A program made the translations under genes and the position numbers. A stretch of DNA of 60,647 nt, the filler included, from Sphacelaria rigidula (taxonomy: Eukaryota): assembly GCA_964200075.2 (NCBI GenBank). It is 5 parts of 5 records of this genome, joined end to end, with 100 filler letters (N's around TTAATTAATTAA, not from the genome) between each part and the next. Parts side by side here need not be neighbours in the genome. Positions count along the whole stretch, not along the records: positions 48,599 to 60,647 come from CAXNAA020004194.1; 4 more parts are not named here. One strand, written 5' to 3'. Positions 49,116-60,647 of the stretch are shown here, one piece after another (within the stretch, counting starts at the first letter, position 1; the number at the start of each line of letters is the position of its first letter). Under the pieces are notes generated by a model. The model was not told where the DNA came from. It worked only from the letters and a program-made list of their open reading frames with translations, and made no database searches.

Positions 49116-50749
49116 GATGTAAAGTCTGCAGCACACTGGTACATTGGTTTGGGTTGAGTTGGTTTGATTTGTTTCCAGGGCCATTTATCCACCCCAGAAA
49201 AGTAGGGGTACGAAGCCACGGTTGCAAGATTTTCAATGGTTTTTAGTGTTGGATTTCGATCTTCGACGGGTACGGCCGGATTTCATTTTTTGTTGTAGAC
49301 AAAATATTTTTCAATGGCTTTTAGTGTTGGACTTCGAGTGTCACGAAAATTGCCGTAGTAAAAATCGGGAAACTGGACTGGTTTTGGACTTTGCGTTTAG
49401 TTGATGTATTTTCCTACATTGTCGAATATATCTCTGGGATTTTTGGCATTTTGGTTTGTGATGGTTCGAATTTTGAATCAATTTTCTTTTCAGTGCTGAA
49501 AGGCGTGACGGGATAGATGAAGAGCATGAATATGTCATTGTCATGATGAAGACGCATATTAGCCTGTTGTCGTGCCGACCAGACCCGTTGTCGAGTCTGG
49601 CTATTTGCTTTCTGGTGTTCCGGTATCCAAGGCTGCAGGTCTGTTCAGAGTTGGTCGGGTACGAATATGAGCTTGTATATAGTAGAGATGGTAAAGGCCA
49701 GATGTGACAAATACCCACATCCGGCGCCTACCATCTCACTACTGTTCCCCTATCACCTTCCAGCCGAAGAAGGCAAAGCATCGGTGAGACGTATTGACTG
49801 GTTTGGGTTGGATCGATTGATTGGATACTGGAAGTTAGAGACAAGATAACCAAGAAATAGAGAAGAACCACGCGTGATAAACTCATCGTGACATATTGTT
49901 TTGAGCTGTTTTGAGCTGTGTGAGCTGTGCCAGACTGTCTGCTGTCCATTTGCCTTGTGAGCCTGTGTTTGGACTGTAAGCGGTGCCTTTGCTGAAACAG
50001 CACCACAGCCTCATTACATTTGGCGTTTGACTGTGTAGCTTCTTCTTTTGCAACTGCGTCTCCCTTGACACCGATTCGTATCCTTGCTCGTTTGGGCTGC
50101 ACGAGCGCAGGTTTTGTGATCAATTTTGCCCCCTTCGTGTTTTTGGTCGGTTCAGGTACAGTACAGTAGTCAACCCTATCTCCTCAGCTCTATACGGCTT
50201 TCTTGATAGTCGGGTCTCAAGCTACTATAAAGCTTTTGCCCTGTGTGTCCCCTAGCACAGAGTAGTCGTGCCCTGCTGCTTGCGACTTGCTGCAGCGCTT
50301 GACTGCACATCTTGTGCCACGTTGGGTCAACGCGCACCGCACGCCAGCCTCGCCTTGCCGTGTTTTTGTGTCTGTTTGTGACATATCACCTGTACGTTGC
50401 ACGGCGTTACGCTCCGACTGCACAACGTAACGTTCATTGGTGATTCAGTACAGCACGATCACGCGTCCAGCCATCCCTGGCTCGCGTATTTGATCTTGTT
50501 GCCCCCTTCCTTCTGGCAGGAGAGTCTTCTACTACAGGTTTGTTACAGAACACGAGTGCACGGGGCGCACTGGTGCTCATAGTCAGCCGCTGTTCCTCAC
50601 CTGAGGTCCTTGCCAAGTCAGCACTTTGCCGCTCTCACATTTTAGTATCGATTGTACACGACTGTTGCATCTTTTGTTCACGAAGTCGCTGCGCAACACA
50701 ACCCGTGCTCCCAGAAGGTGACCACGGACATCTGTACACGAGATTTGTG

Positions 50750-51150
50750 TCCGTTCTGGCACTTCAGTTTCGTCGTGATGTACGTCATTCGCGATACTTT
50801 TTTGTTGTTGTTACTTTCTTCTGGTGTACTTAACACAGCTGTAGAGCAGCGCTGTACATCACTGTGGTAAGTAACAGTACACAGCACAACAGACTGTGAA
50901 TTTCCTCTCATTTTACCCCCTCTCGGCCAAATAATAATGAATTGTTCCGGGACAGTTTCGTCGTGATATACGTTATTCGTAGCTATTTTGTTGTTGTTCT
51001 CTTCTGGTGTACTTCGCACAGCTGTAGAGCAGCGCTGTACATTACATTAATAAGTAACAATCCACAGCTCCACAAACTGTGAGTTTTCTTTCATTGACCC
51101 CCTCTTGAACGAATAATAATATTTTGTTCCGAGACGGTTTCGTTGCGATA
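50750..51150 (+). repeat. Tandem repeat, ~183-bp unit, ~2.2 copies
   Basis: ttgttgttgtt..cttctggtgtactt..cacagctgtagagcagcgctgtacat..taagtaaca..cacagc..caca.actgtga occurs at about 50801 and 50987. Confidence 0.8.
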
Positions 51151-52294
51151 ATACTCGTTTGACACATTCCAGACTGCTGCCGAGAACCCTCCCCCTCCAA
51201 ACCGGCCAAAAGAGTGCACGAAGGCGATGATCATGAATGCCGTTAGAGCTGGTTTCGTGCTGCACGACGCGACTCATGTGGGCGGTATAGCCGATTGCGG
51301 ACTGCTACACGCCTCTCATGTGGGTGAAATTGCGGCAAACGAGCCCAATAGTGGGATCAAAGCCGGTTTGTCGGAAGGATTCTGGTGCACGTTTTGTGGG
51401 GGGGCGGTCTCGGCATTAGTCTCCAAACCTACGTTACGTACTCACTTGGAGAAGACAGCACTCGAAACCAGTGCCCCTTGCCTGTGCACTACTTTTTTCG
51501 GTACCGCCCTCAGCGTTTCCCCTGCTGTGCACAACTTCAGCTTTGTTTCACATACGTACGTTGTCCCAATTCCGTTGTGTAACAAGCCTTGCCTGTGCAC
51601 TACGAGGTCCAATCTCGCGGCCTACATCCCAAATCTTGTAGAAGCTTTTGTGCTGCCCTACGCCGCCCGATCTTTCAGTGCTCATCAAAGACAAATTTCA
51701 TTGAACACTGCCAGTCGTCTCCCAGCTCGTGCTGGGATGGTGCAGGTTTAGGCTACCCTTGACGCCACAACCGGAACACGTGTGAGTTGTACGACTTTCA
51801 CGCACCAACGCTGCCACAGACAATTGGATTTTCGCTTCTCTTCGACGTCATACGTCTGTTCTGTGCGCAATCCCGAGCTTTCGTTGATAGCTTTTACAGC
51901 CACAACTTAGATAAATTATATTGACCAGACCCCGAGGATTGTTGTTACATACAGCAATTCGCTTGAATAATAATACGCGCGTTCACCAGGTCCCAAGGTT
52001 CCTCCAGGCGCTGTTAGGCTTCATTATCCCGTACTTCCGGATACAAGCTTCGACCGTCGCACTTTGCATTTCTTGGTGTCACCCTCCTTTGATTAGAGCC
52101 CGCCGACTAGACACATTGACCCTGCCTTTCAAGCACACAAGTTGCGTATGATTGTCATGTCGCACAGAAACAACGCTGGCTCTTCCTCTCAATTGGGAAA
52201 CCAATCGCTTCGTCGGACACGGAGTCAAACTACTGGCGGTTCGAAATCTTTTGATGTGAGTGTCACGTCACCTTCAACTCATCGCCGCAGAGCA

Positions 52295-52538
52295 GTGCTA
52301 CGATAGGGGTTGCACTTTTTTTTTTTTGGACCTCGTTTTTGTAGGAGCCCAAATATATGGGGCTTACTGTGCAACCCAAATCTCTGGGGACAGGGCACGG
52401 AAATGCACACAGGAGCCTTTTCATGAATCGGCATCATTTTCAGTATTTTTCAAGTGAACATGATGCCGATTCTCAAAATGATCCGTGCAACACCCCGAGA
52501 AACATTTTCGCTCAAAAAGTGCAACCCTACCGTAGCAC
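52295..52538. mobile_element. MITE (~245 bp), ~26-bp TIRs
   Basis: gtgctacgataggggttgcacttttt ... aaaaagtgcaaccctaccgtagcac. Confidence 0.65.
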
Positions 52539-52962
52539 CACTCCGCCCGTATGCGAGCGCTGTTTGATCTTCGGGATCTGAAGACCAACATTCGAGCGGT
52601 GCTCGTTCTTCGAGGCTTCAAGACAAGACTATGACGCCGCGACCTGTTCTCTCACGCTCCAACTCGGACTCAGAGAACAAGTTTGTGCTACCGGCTGAGT
52701 CATTGGCTCCTGACGGACATGTCAGTGAACCCATAACGGTGGATTCCGTAGCGCCCCCCTCGCTGCGTCCTGTTTTTGCGAATGCCAATGTGGAATCCGA
52801 AGTCAGGATTGTGACCCCAGCTGAGTCGTTGCCCCTGGACCCACGTGTCCAGCTTGGCCCTGTAGCGGTTGCTTCAACCGTGGCACCCCGTCGCATGACG
52901 GCTGACAATTCTCGAGACGATTCCCTCCCGACGAAGCGTATCGCTTCTGGAGCGGGAGGCTT

Positions 52963-53377
52963 TAAGAGACAATTCTTTAAAATAAGTTTCATCATTTAAA
53001 TGAGGTTCAAGCCCAAAACAATGTTTTCCCTACACTTTTAGCGATGGTGCCCAATCACTTTCTTGTCAGCGTCATGCCCCTCGATCGCGTTGATACTTCT
53101 TCAGCGCATTTTACTGACTCTGTGAGCTTACAGCGCTGACCGAAACCGCCGCTTTCCCTGATATCACCCCCATGAAAAATAGGGGGCATGACGGTTTCGA
53201 TCAGCGCTGTAAGCTCACAGCATCGGTAAAATGCGCTGAAGAAGTATCTTCGCGATCGAGGGGCATTAGGCCGACAAGTAACGCATCGGGCACCATCGCT
53301 GAAAGTGTGGGGAAAGTACTTTTTTGGGCTTGAACCTCATTTGATTGATGGACCTCATTTTATAGAATTGTCTATTA
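52963..53377. mobile_element. Foldback element (~185-bp arms) inserted in the gag-like region
   Basis: agacaattct.taaaat..aaatgaggttcaagcccaaaa..agcgatggtgccc..gcccctcgatcgcg..gatacttcttcagcgcattttac..ctgtgagcttacagcgctga.cgaaaccg is mirrored at 53192-53377. Confidence 0.85.
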
Positions 53378-53585
53378 TTTGTCACGCGGGATGCTTCCGT
53401 ACCCCGTCGCATGACGGCTGACAATTCTCGAGATGATTCTCTCCTGACGAAGCGTATAGCTTCTGGAGCAAGAGACTTGTCACGCGGGATGCTTCCGTTA
53501 CGGACCCCCATCGCACGACTCTCGATAGTCCCGTGCGCCCTACTGAGCCGTCCAATGTCGGACCCACAGTCGCGGCCATACATGC

Positions 53586-54624
53586 TGTAGAATTCTGTCA
53601 CTCAAGATCAGATTGGTTTATGGACTCCTCCCATCACGGGCACATGGATTTAAGCAGCTTTAGTTACTCAAATATTAACCCTCAGCATAGTACAGGAGAA
53701 CAGGACCATAGCCTCTCCCCACCAGAGTAGCAAAACCGGCTCTACACGTCATGGAGGTCACCATCATAGAGTCCGGCAATCAGACCCGCAACTCCACCTA
53801 CAATGTCCCTGACCTTAGGTAACAATGGTGGCTAGGTCAACAGCGCCCCTAAAGCTCTCTACTACCAACAAGTAGTTACATCAGAGCTTGACAAACTCAG
53901 ACATCATTGGTGCCTGATAGAACCGTCGTTTTCCGCAAAGAATAGCGATCTCTTCCGCTGCTTTACTACCTTACAATGACAATGGCCACAGCGCCTCTAC
54001 CTCACGCAGGTCTCACCACCTGTTTGAAGTCCTTAGACTCCTCTTCCTGGCCGTACCTGGCCAAGCATGGAACATGCAACTCTCGCTGGCTCCACCAGGC
54101 AGTAATCGCCCCGCTTTTTTTGTAACGCTCACGGGCTCGCCAGCTGTCGATGAACGCCCCGCACCTCACGCACTAGCGATACCACAGCCCGCCATAGCAC
54201 TGCCTCAGAACCTCCTCGGCTCTACTCCTCCAACTCCTCGCGACGTTAGCACGCTTTGAGCTGGTCTTGCTTGCTGCGAACTGACCAGGCCTACAGACTT
54301 CCCTATCTTGAAGTGTCAGCTGCTATTCAGCGGGTCTACCGCCATAAGCGGACCTAATGAACGTGAATTGTAGACTTATGTCACTCAAGATCAGATTGCT
54401 TTATGGACTCCTCCCATCACGGGCACATGGACTTCAGCAGCTTTAGTTGTTCATATAATAACCCTCAGTATAGTACAGGAGAACAGGATCATAGCCTCTC
54501 CCCACCAGAGTAGCAAAACGGCTCTACTCATCATGGAGGTCACCATCACAGAGTCCGGTAATCAGACCCGCAACTCCACCTACAATGTCCCTGACCTTAG
54601 GTAACAATGGTGGCTAGGTCTACA
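53586..54624. mobile_element. TRIM-like miniature LTR element: two ~256-bp LTRs (53586-53842, 54369-54624), ~526-bp non-coding interior, 4-bp TSD ATGC
   Basis: Both direct repeats start TGTAGA and end (A/T)ACA; the right copy is TGTAGAC...GTCTACA. ATGC occurs at 53582-53585 and 54625-54628. Excision restores the host reading frame. Confidence 0.85.
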
Positions 54625-56765
54625 ATGCTGCCCTGCAGACTATGTATCGTACTTCATCGGCGTCGGCGCACTCGCCAGCTTCTGCTCTCGTCGAGGCATT
54701 TACGGCTTTTTGCCAGGCCACGCTCCAAGACCAATCGGTGTATGCTCACGTGCAATTCAATGATGATTCTGCACCTGCCACGCCCAAACCCGTACGTCTG
54801 GCGCCCCGATCGGCGACATCGCGTCCACCGTTCGTCACTCATGAACAATTCCACAAACATGAGTCGAGCCCCAACTCAACGTCAAACCCGAGTCTTGCTC
54901 GCGCTTCTGACTGGTGCCGCACACCGACAGTTGGTCGCGACCACGTCTCCCGTTCTAGCAGTTCTGAAGGTAACTCCCAGCAAAGCGTGGATTCATCGCC
55001 CGTTTTTACACGCCCGAAGAATGTCGCTCATGGTCGCACATATGACTGTAGTTCACGCCACAGTTCCAATTCATCGCGCGCTCCGAAGCACCCGGTGATT
55101 GCCAACCGTGACCGTACTTACGAGGATGATGTGCGACACAGATCAAGTTCTTCGCGCGTTCACTCGCGCTCGAAGAACACCGATCATACCACCGCGCGCA
55201 CCCCTCCTGCTCCGCATCTGTCACGCCGCCGTCATTTACGCAATGATAACATTGTACATGCTGATGATATCCAAACCATATTTTCAGACATTTCACCGGC
55301 TCTGGAATCCTCAATTGAAGGATCCGGCCGCACCTCGTCGCAAAAACGACAACCCCGCACTGACCGTGAACCACCATCCCGCTCCGACGCTGCAATTATT
55401 CGTTCTCTTCAACAACAACTGACAGACCTCGAGCGACAACTACTGACCGTGGACACGTCAAGATCCGCTGCTGCTGCCGCCACGATCACCACGGAGCCCA
55501 CTGGCGTTCCTGCAGCTGCTGCTGCCGCAATACCTGCCGCTGCCGCCGCAGCTACCTTGGCCGCTGCGCCTTCAGCCGCCCCCACGATGGCTCCCATAAC
55601 CGCCGCCGCCACGTCTACGGGTGACACGGACGCCGACAACGGTCCAACCACTGGCCCGGTCGAGGATGCCCCCGTGCGCTCGCCCCCATCCGTAGAGGTT
55701 CTCCCTCCGCTCGGCGACGAGCGCTGCCCGACTGGCCTCCTCTTGCGGCTGTTCAGAAATCGCCCCCGCGCGGAGCAGCTACAGCTCATTGACGACTACG
55801 CCTCACAAGCACCAGCACTCACCGAAGACATCTTCGACCAGCAACGCGAAGCTGACGCCGCCGCTGCCCGCCTCCTTCTGGAGGAACACGCTGAGAAGCA
55901 AAAGGATCTTCAGCGGCAGGCCTCCAACGCTGAATGCACGAGTACGGCTGTCCAACGAGCGCTTCACGAAGGTCGTACTGCAGCCATGGCGGCTCAGAGA
56001 CGGGTGCGCGAACTGGAAGTTCATGTCCGACGGACGGCTCAAAAAGCGGCTACAACGGTGGCGCGCTTGCCAAACCATCAAGCCTCTCCGCCTTTCGCCA
56101 GGAACTTGCTCAGTGCCGGTCCGCCTCGCCCGTCTTCGACCTAAGCGGCCACGCTCAAGACTGGTCACCCATCCTACAAAATCCTACGAAAGGCTGATCA
56201 ACAGTCGCACGCCGCGGCCGCTGCCGCCCCCACGACGGCCCCAACACCACCAACTCTAGAAGCTACTGTAGCTCCGCGGCGAATGCCGCCCCTGCTCAAG
56301 GTTTGCAATTGGCACCCCACGAACGAGAGTGGGTTTCTCGTTCCGTGGCCACCCATACCGGTCCTTTCCATCGCAGCAACCACCTTCATTGCTCCCGCGA
56401 AGCATGGACCCTAATTTCGCGTATCGGTGCTCACCTTGAGCCAACTGGTCCGTCAAACGACCGTTGGCGATCACCAGCAACACATGACTTACGTTGACGC
56501 TGTCATCAAACGTTTTGCGGTGCTTCGCGCCGCCTACAACCCTGATCCCGGCGCCACTTTCGCCGACGGAGACGAAGATGAAAATGAATGGGCCCCCGCA
56601 ACTACCAACTGCCGGGGACAGAAGAAAAACCACCGGCGAGATGACGACGACAACGATGGCGGAGGTTCACGCCGCCGCCATGGCGGTGAAGGATCTTTTT
56701 CGGGCGGTTCCGGACCGAACCGCCCGGCTCGCAACCCCCTCAACCCGCCCCCCAAGAAATCTGGA

Positions 56766-56867
56766 GTAATTCTTCCGGATCTTCCGCGACAGGCTGGAAC
56801 CGGTTCGGCACAGACCGTAATTCTTCCGGATCTTCCGCGACAGGCTGGAACCGGTTCGGCACAGACC
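56766..56867 (+). repeat. Perfect 51-bp tandem duplication (VILPDLPRQAGTGSAQT x2)
   Basis: 56766-56816 is identical to 56817-56867. Confidence 0.95.
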
Positions 56868-58299
56868 TGCCCCCCTCGGGTCCGGCGACACCAAGGCCAG
56901 TGATCCCTAAATTGACTGATGTTTCGGCCCGAATTTCAGGTTTATCCGATACGGACACACCTGACCGTCCTTTGTCTTCTACTGCAGCCCGCGCTTTAGC
57001 AACCGCTGGGGCTGACAAAGAACGTTCCGAAGCTAGCAAAAAAACAGCTTCCGATAGAGCTGAGTCTGCCCGCGTAGCTGCAATACAGAGAGAGTACATT
57101 CAGATGGATGTGAAAAAGCTCTGCCACATTAAAATCATGCCTGCTGCGGATAACGAAGATTTGGGCCGGTTTACTTCTGCCCTTATCACGTCCACTCGCC
57201 GCACTATTTGTAACATCCTTCACTTGGCGGATACAACAGGCACATAACGTTTCGAAGATTCCGACTGGGTAGAGGGCTGGCAGACTCCCTTGCATAAACT
57301 ATTGCATCGATCCATCAGCCGCCGCTCTCCCGACATTGCTGCTTCTTTCACACAGATCCTCGACGGCTTCCTCGCCGAAATGGATCCGGATCGTGCCAAG
57401 GGGAAGACAGGCCCAGTATTGCTCTCTGATTTGGAGAGGCGTTTGATTGGCTATTTTGATAAAAGGGACCAAGCCAGCGCTATCCAGAGGCTGGGTTCTT
57501 TTACTGTCGCATCGGATGTCTCCTTCGCGGATTATCGCCGCGAATTTAAGCTTTTGGTTTCTGGTAATACGGATGTCGGACGCCACAACGGACCGAGCGA
57601 TGCAATGTGTCAGACTTACGTTCGCAATAGCGTTGCTCAACAGTATCCGGCTCTGATGTTGTCGTTGTTTCCGGATGTCTTGGCGCATCACAAGGTGCCT
57701 TACGCGTCCGTTGATACCATGTGGTCTGCTTTTGTATACCAAGAGGTAATCTAACGCCCGCCATACGCGGCAAAACTTCCACGTCTGTGCGTTCACAACC
57801 TACGGTTGTGTCCTCCGCTCATGCCCAAGGGGCTCGGGGCAGGAATTCGAGCTCGTCTCGCGCTTCATGGACCCCCGGCTCGGTCGCCGGTTCAGTTATG
57901 CATGTTCAGAGTACCAGATATGCATTCAGCGCGAGTTTTGATGGTTGGCCGTTTTCCGAGGAAACTTGGGATGATGTTTATTCGACTTCCACGACGGCAT
58001 TCATTACAGATGATCCCCGTCTTCACCCCTCCACACATGCTAACTTGGAACCCGGCGATGTTTTAGGAATCGCCGCTGCTCCCCTGATGCACATCCCACT
58101 CGAGACGTGCGTAACAGAGCCTGCCGCGCCAAACGCCACGTCTCCGGCGGAGTCAGTCCATTGTGTCGATGAACCCTATTTCGACCTCGCCTCTGCGACC
58201 CCACCCCAGGTCCACACCGTGGATCCTGCCCTGTCAAATTCCAATCCTCCTGCTGCTGAAGTGCTTCAACGCTCATCACCAGATTCTCGGAATAGTTTC

Positions 58300-60060
58300 C
58301 TGCACATGTGGAACCAACTGCCGCCACACATGCGCGACATGAATTTTGACTTTCATGGGCCCGGCTGGGAACCGGCAGTCATCCGAGAACTCAGTGATGT
58401 CCTGCTCCAGTACCAAGACCGAGTTTCCCGATCCAAGACGGATCTTGGGCATTTCAAAACACTGCTAATTGAGGTTACCCTCCAACCCGGTGTTTCGCCG
58501 ATTTCTTTTCGGCCAAACCGAACAAACCCGATCCTTATCAAGAAAGTTAACGCCATCTTGGATGCGTATTTGGGAGCGGGATTAATACAACATTTCCCCT
58601 CTCCTTGGGCCTCGCCCCCTGTGGTCGTCCCCCAAAAAAATGGAAACAGACGCATGACCGTGAATTGTCAACGGTTGAACCGCGTCACTGTAGTCGGTGC
58701 ACTTCCAATTCCCCGCATTGATGAAGTCTTCGACTCCTTAGGCGAAGGCAAAATATTCAGCACCTTCGACCTCGCTTCTGGATTGTTTCAGAATGCTATA
58801 CACCCTGGCACCGTCCCACTGACAGCTTTTTGTACGTCGTCCAGATATGAGTGGCTTCGGATGCCACAAGGCGCCGCCACTGCCCCAGGATGCTTTCAAA
58901 TGAAACGCGTCACCGAGGGCCTCGAGCACATCATCATGTACCTGGATAACGCTATCGCTTTCGATGCCTCACCTATTGCACATATACGCACTCTACGAGA
59001 ATTTCTCTCTCGCCTACGCACGCACGATTTGAAATTGTCTCCATCTAAAGCCCGCCTTGGACACTTTCTACGATAGCTCCCCCCCAAAAGTGCATGGTTT
59101 TGGGAGGCAAAATCTTCACGTAAATCGAAATNNNNNNNNNCATTGAGAAGCTGGGAATTCCCACGCTTGGGTTCGTTCTAGACAATGTCGCCAATATGAG
59201 GTGCTTTATGCAGCCTGAAGCCGAACATCAGGCGCTGTATGGTCATTTTTTTCGTGACAATTTTAGCTGGTTTTTTTTGGGGGGGGGTTATCGTAGAAAG
59301 TGTCCTTGGTGCGACTGACTTGGATTTCTTGGGGCATTCCATTTCGCCAGCAGGCCTGCATCCGGATACAAACAAAGTCAAGGCGATGACTGATTTGCAG
59401 ATTCCAACTAACATTTCTCAACTTCGCTCATCGGTGGGCGGGCTATCCTACTACCCCAGATTTTTGCCGAATTTATCTAAACGGATTCGCCCCCCTACTG
59501 AGTTACTCCAGAAAGGAGCCGTATTTCCCTAACAATCGAAATGGAGAATATCACCCGCGAATTACTCGAGACACTTACCGAGAAGCCGGTACTCTGCTTT
59601 CCTGATCGGGAGGCAGTACGAGATGGCTCCCGCCTTTTCCAACTTCACACTGACGCCAGCACAAACGGATTTGGAGGAGTTTTGAATCAACCTCAGGTTG
59701 ATGGCTCCGTCCGACCCATCCTCTATATCAGCCGCGCTGCCCTGCCCAACGAGGCCAATTGGAGCCCGCTAGAACTGGAAGGCGGAGTGATCACTTGGGC
59801 CAATGCGCGCCTTCGATGATATCTGTTTCACGTGCCTTTTGAGATCTATACGGATCACGGAGCACTCGAACAACTTGCTAAGGTTGGCGAACACAACCCG
59901 CGTTACAACGATGGTTGGAGTTTCTAACAGCATACCAGTATATCATTAAGCACCATTCAGGCAAAACCAACGGGAACGCTGACCTTTCTCGCTTACCTCT
60001 GCTGCCTACGGCCGCAGATGCCAGCCCGGCTTGCCGGTTGACGGAACCCGATGAACCCGA
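58300..60060 (+). mobile_element. Ty3/gypsy LTR retrotransposon pol (reverse transcriptase + RNase H), inactivated
   Basis: RT: SPWASPPVVVPQKNGNRRMTVN..RLN, LPIPRIDEVFDSL, IFSTFDLASG, TAF, YEWLRMPQG, MYLDN (YxDD mutated), KARLG|ATDLDFLGH, SQLRS..G..SYY.RF. RNase H: FQLHTDAS..GFGGVL.Q, RPILYISR, N.WS..ELE, IYTDH, WLEFL..Y, G..NGNADLSR. Stops and frameshifts at about 59530, 59817 and 59880-59910. Integrase is not within the contig. Confidence 0.95.
59061..59303. mobile_element. MITE inserted in the RT coding region, flanked by duplicated CCTTGG
   Basis: ccttgg|acactttctacgatagctcccccccaaaa ... ttttttgggggggggttatcgtagaaagtgt|ccttgg. It contains a 9-N gap, so its true length is uncertain. Removal restores KARLGATDLDFLGH. 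Confidence 0.88.
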
Positions 60061-60647
60061 AATTCGACGCGATAAGACGTTTTTCAACGCCCAATTACGC
60101 CCTCGACCTCCGGTGCCCGGAAACCGGTATGCATATCGGAAGATCTCGCCCTCTATCATATGACGCCGTCTTGGGTGGGTCAAAGCCCACTACCTCCGAT
60201 TTTGTCGATGTCCGCACTTTCGGTACTGGCGCAAAACTCTTCGCGGAGACATCTCCAATCACCCACCTTATCTCCGACAACACGCGCTCCCGGTCTGCCG
60301 CCCGCACCACACCAGGTGACCCGCCGCCACCGATAACACCTGCAACCTCTACGAGCCACCCAACACAAGTTCCACGGACCAACACGCAACGCTCCGAGAA
60401 ATCTTCTGTACCGTGCACCACGCGCCGCGGACTATCCTCGCCACGCGCTGTTACAGCCTCGCCGCCCATAACGGCACCGCAAACATCTACTGCTCCCGAG
60501 CACGGAGTTGACGACTTAGCTCCTGCTCCCAAGACAGATATTGACGTCGGAGTCATCCTACGATAGCGGGGGGGGTATTTTGGGCCATTTGTTGCTCGAA
60601 ATATGTAGTCAGATCGTCGTTGACAGCAGCAACGGTTGTTCGAACAA

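Larger units (their letters stand above)
52631..57754 (+). pseudogene. Long, interrupted gag-like/ORF1 region of the Ty3/gypsy element
   Basis: A chain of same-strand ORF pieces (52631-52960, 53479-53585 + 54629-56144, 56427-56903, 56900-57247, 57290-57754) lies immediately upstream of pol. It is Ser/Pro/Ala-rich with coiled-coil-like stretches, and the last piece (DLERRL..YF...AIQRL..F......FADYRREFK.L) resembles a gag capsid segment. Broken by stops, frameshifts and two insertions. Confidence 0.6.

Noticed and set aside
51227..52630. 5' LTR / PBS of the gypsy element, and the 174-aa ORF 51227-51751
   Set aside because: There is no second LTR copy in the contig to define boundaries and no clear PBS. 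The ORF has no recognisable motif.

Overview
This is eukaryotic, intron-rich and repeat-rich DNA, most likely from a brown alga (Phaeophyceae). That assignment is an inference from gene structure and repeat types. The window is not one locus. It is five contigs of almost identical length (1-12050, 12151-24200, 24301-36349, 36450-48498, 48599-60647; 12050/12050/12049/12049/12049 bp) joined by 100-nt N44-TTAATTAATTAA-N44 spacers, so adjacency across spacers carries no biological meaning. Manual splicing recovers three partial multi-exon genes that the ORF track misses or fragments. Contig 1 has three C-terminal exons of a Vps33 (Sec1/Munc18) gene (+), with large introns full of small inverted-repeat elements. 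Contig 2 has the last 7 exons of a WW-WW-(PH-like)-acidic repeat-SAM protein (-). Contig 3 has 15 phase-consistent exons (1100 codons) of an ankyrin-repeat TRP-like cation channel (-), truncated at both ends. Contig 4 holds a LINE fragment, a DUF1415-like terminal exon and several long foldback/TIR elements. Contig 5 holds a Ty1/copia RNase H remnant and a decayed Ty3/gypsy element with nested insertions: a TRIM-like mini-LTR element, a MITE and a foldback. No rRNA, tRNA or CRISPR array was seen, and I found no operon-like multi-gene system. The most unusual signals are the non-coding transposon architectures and the two divergent multidomain proteins.
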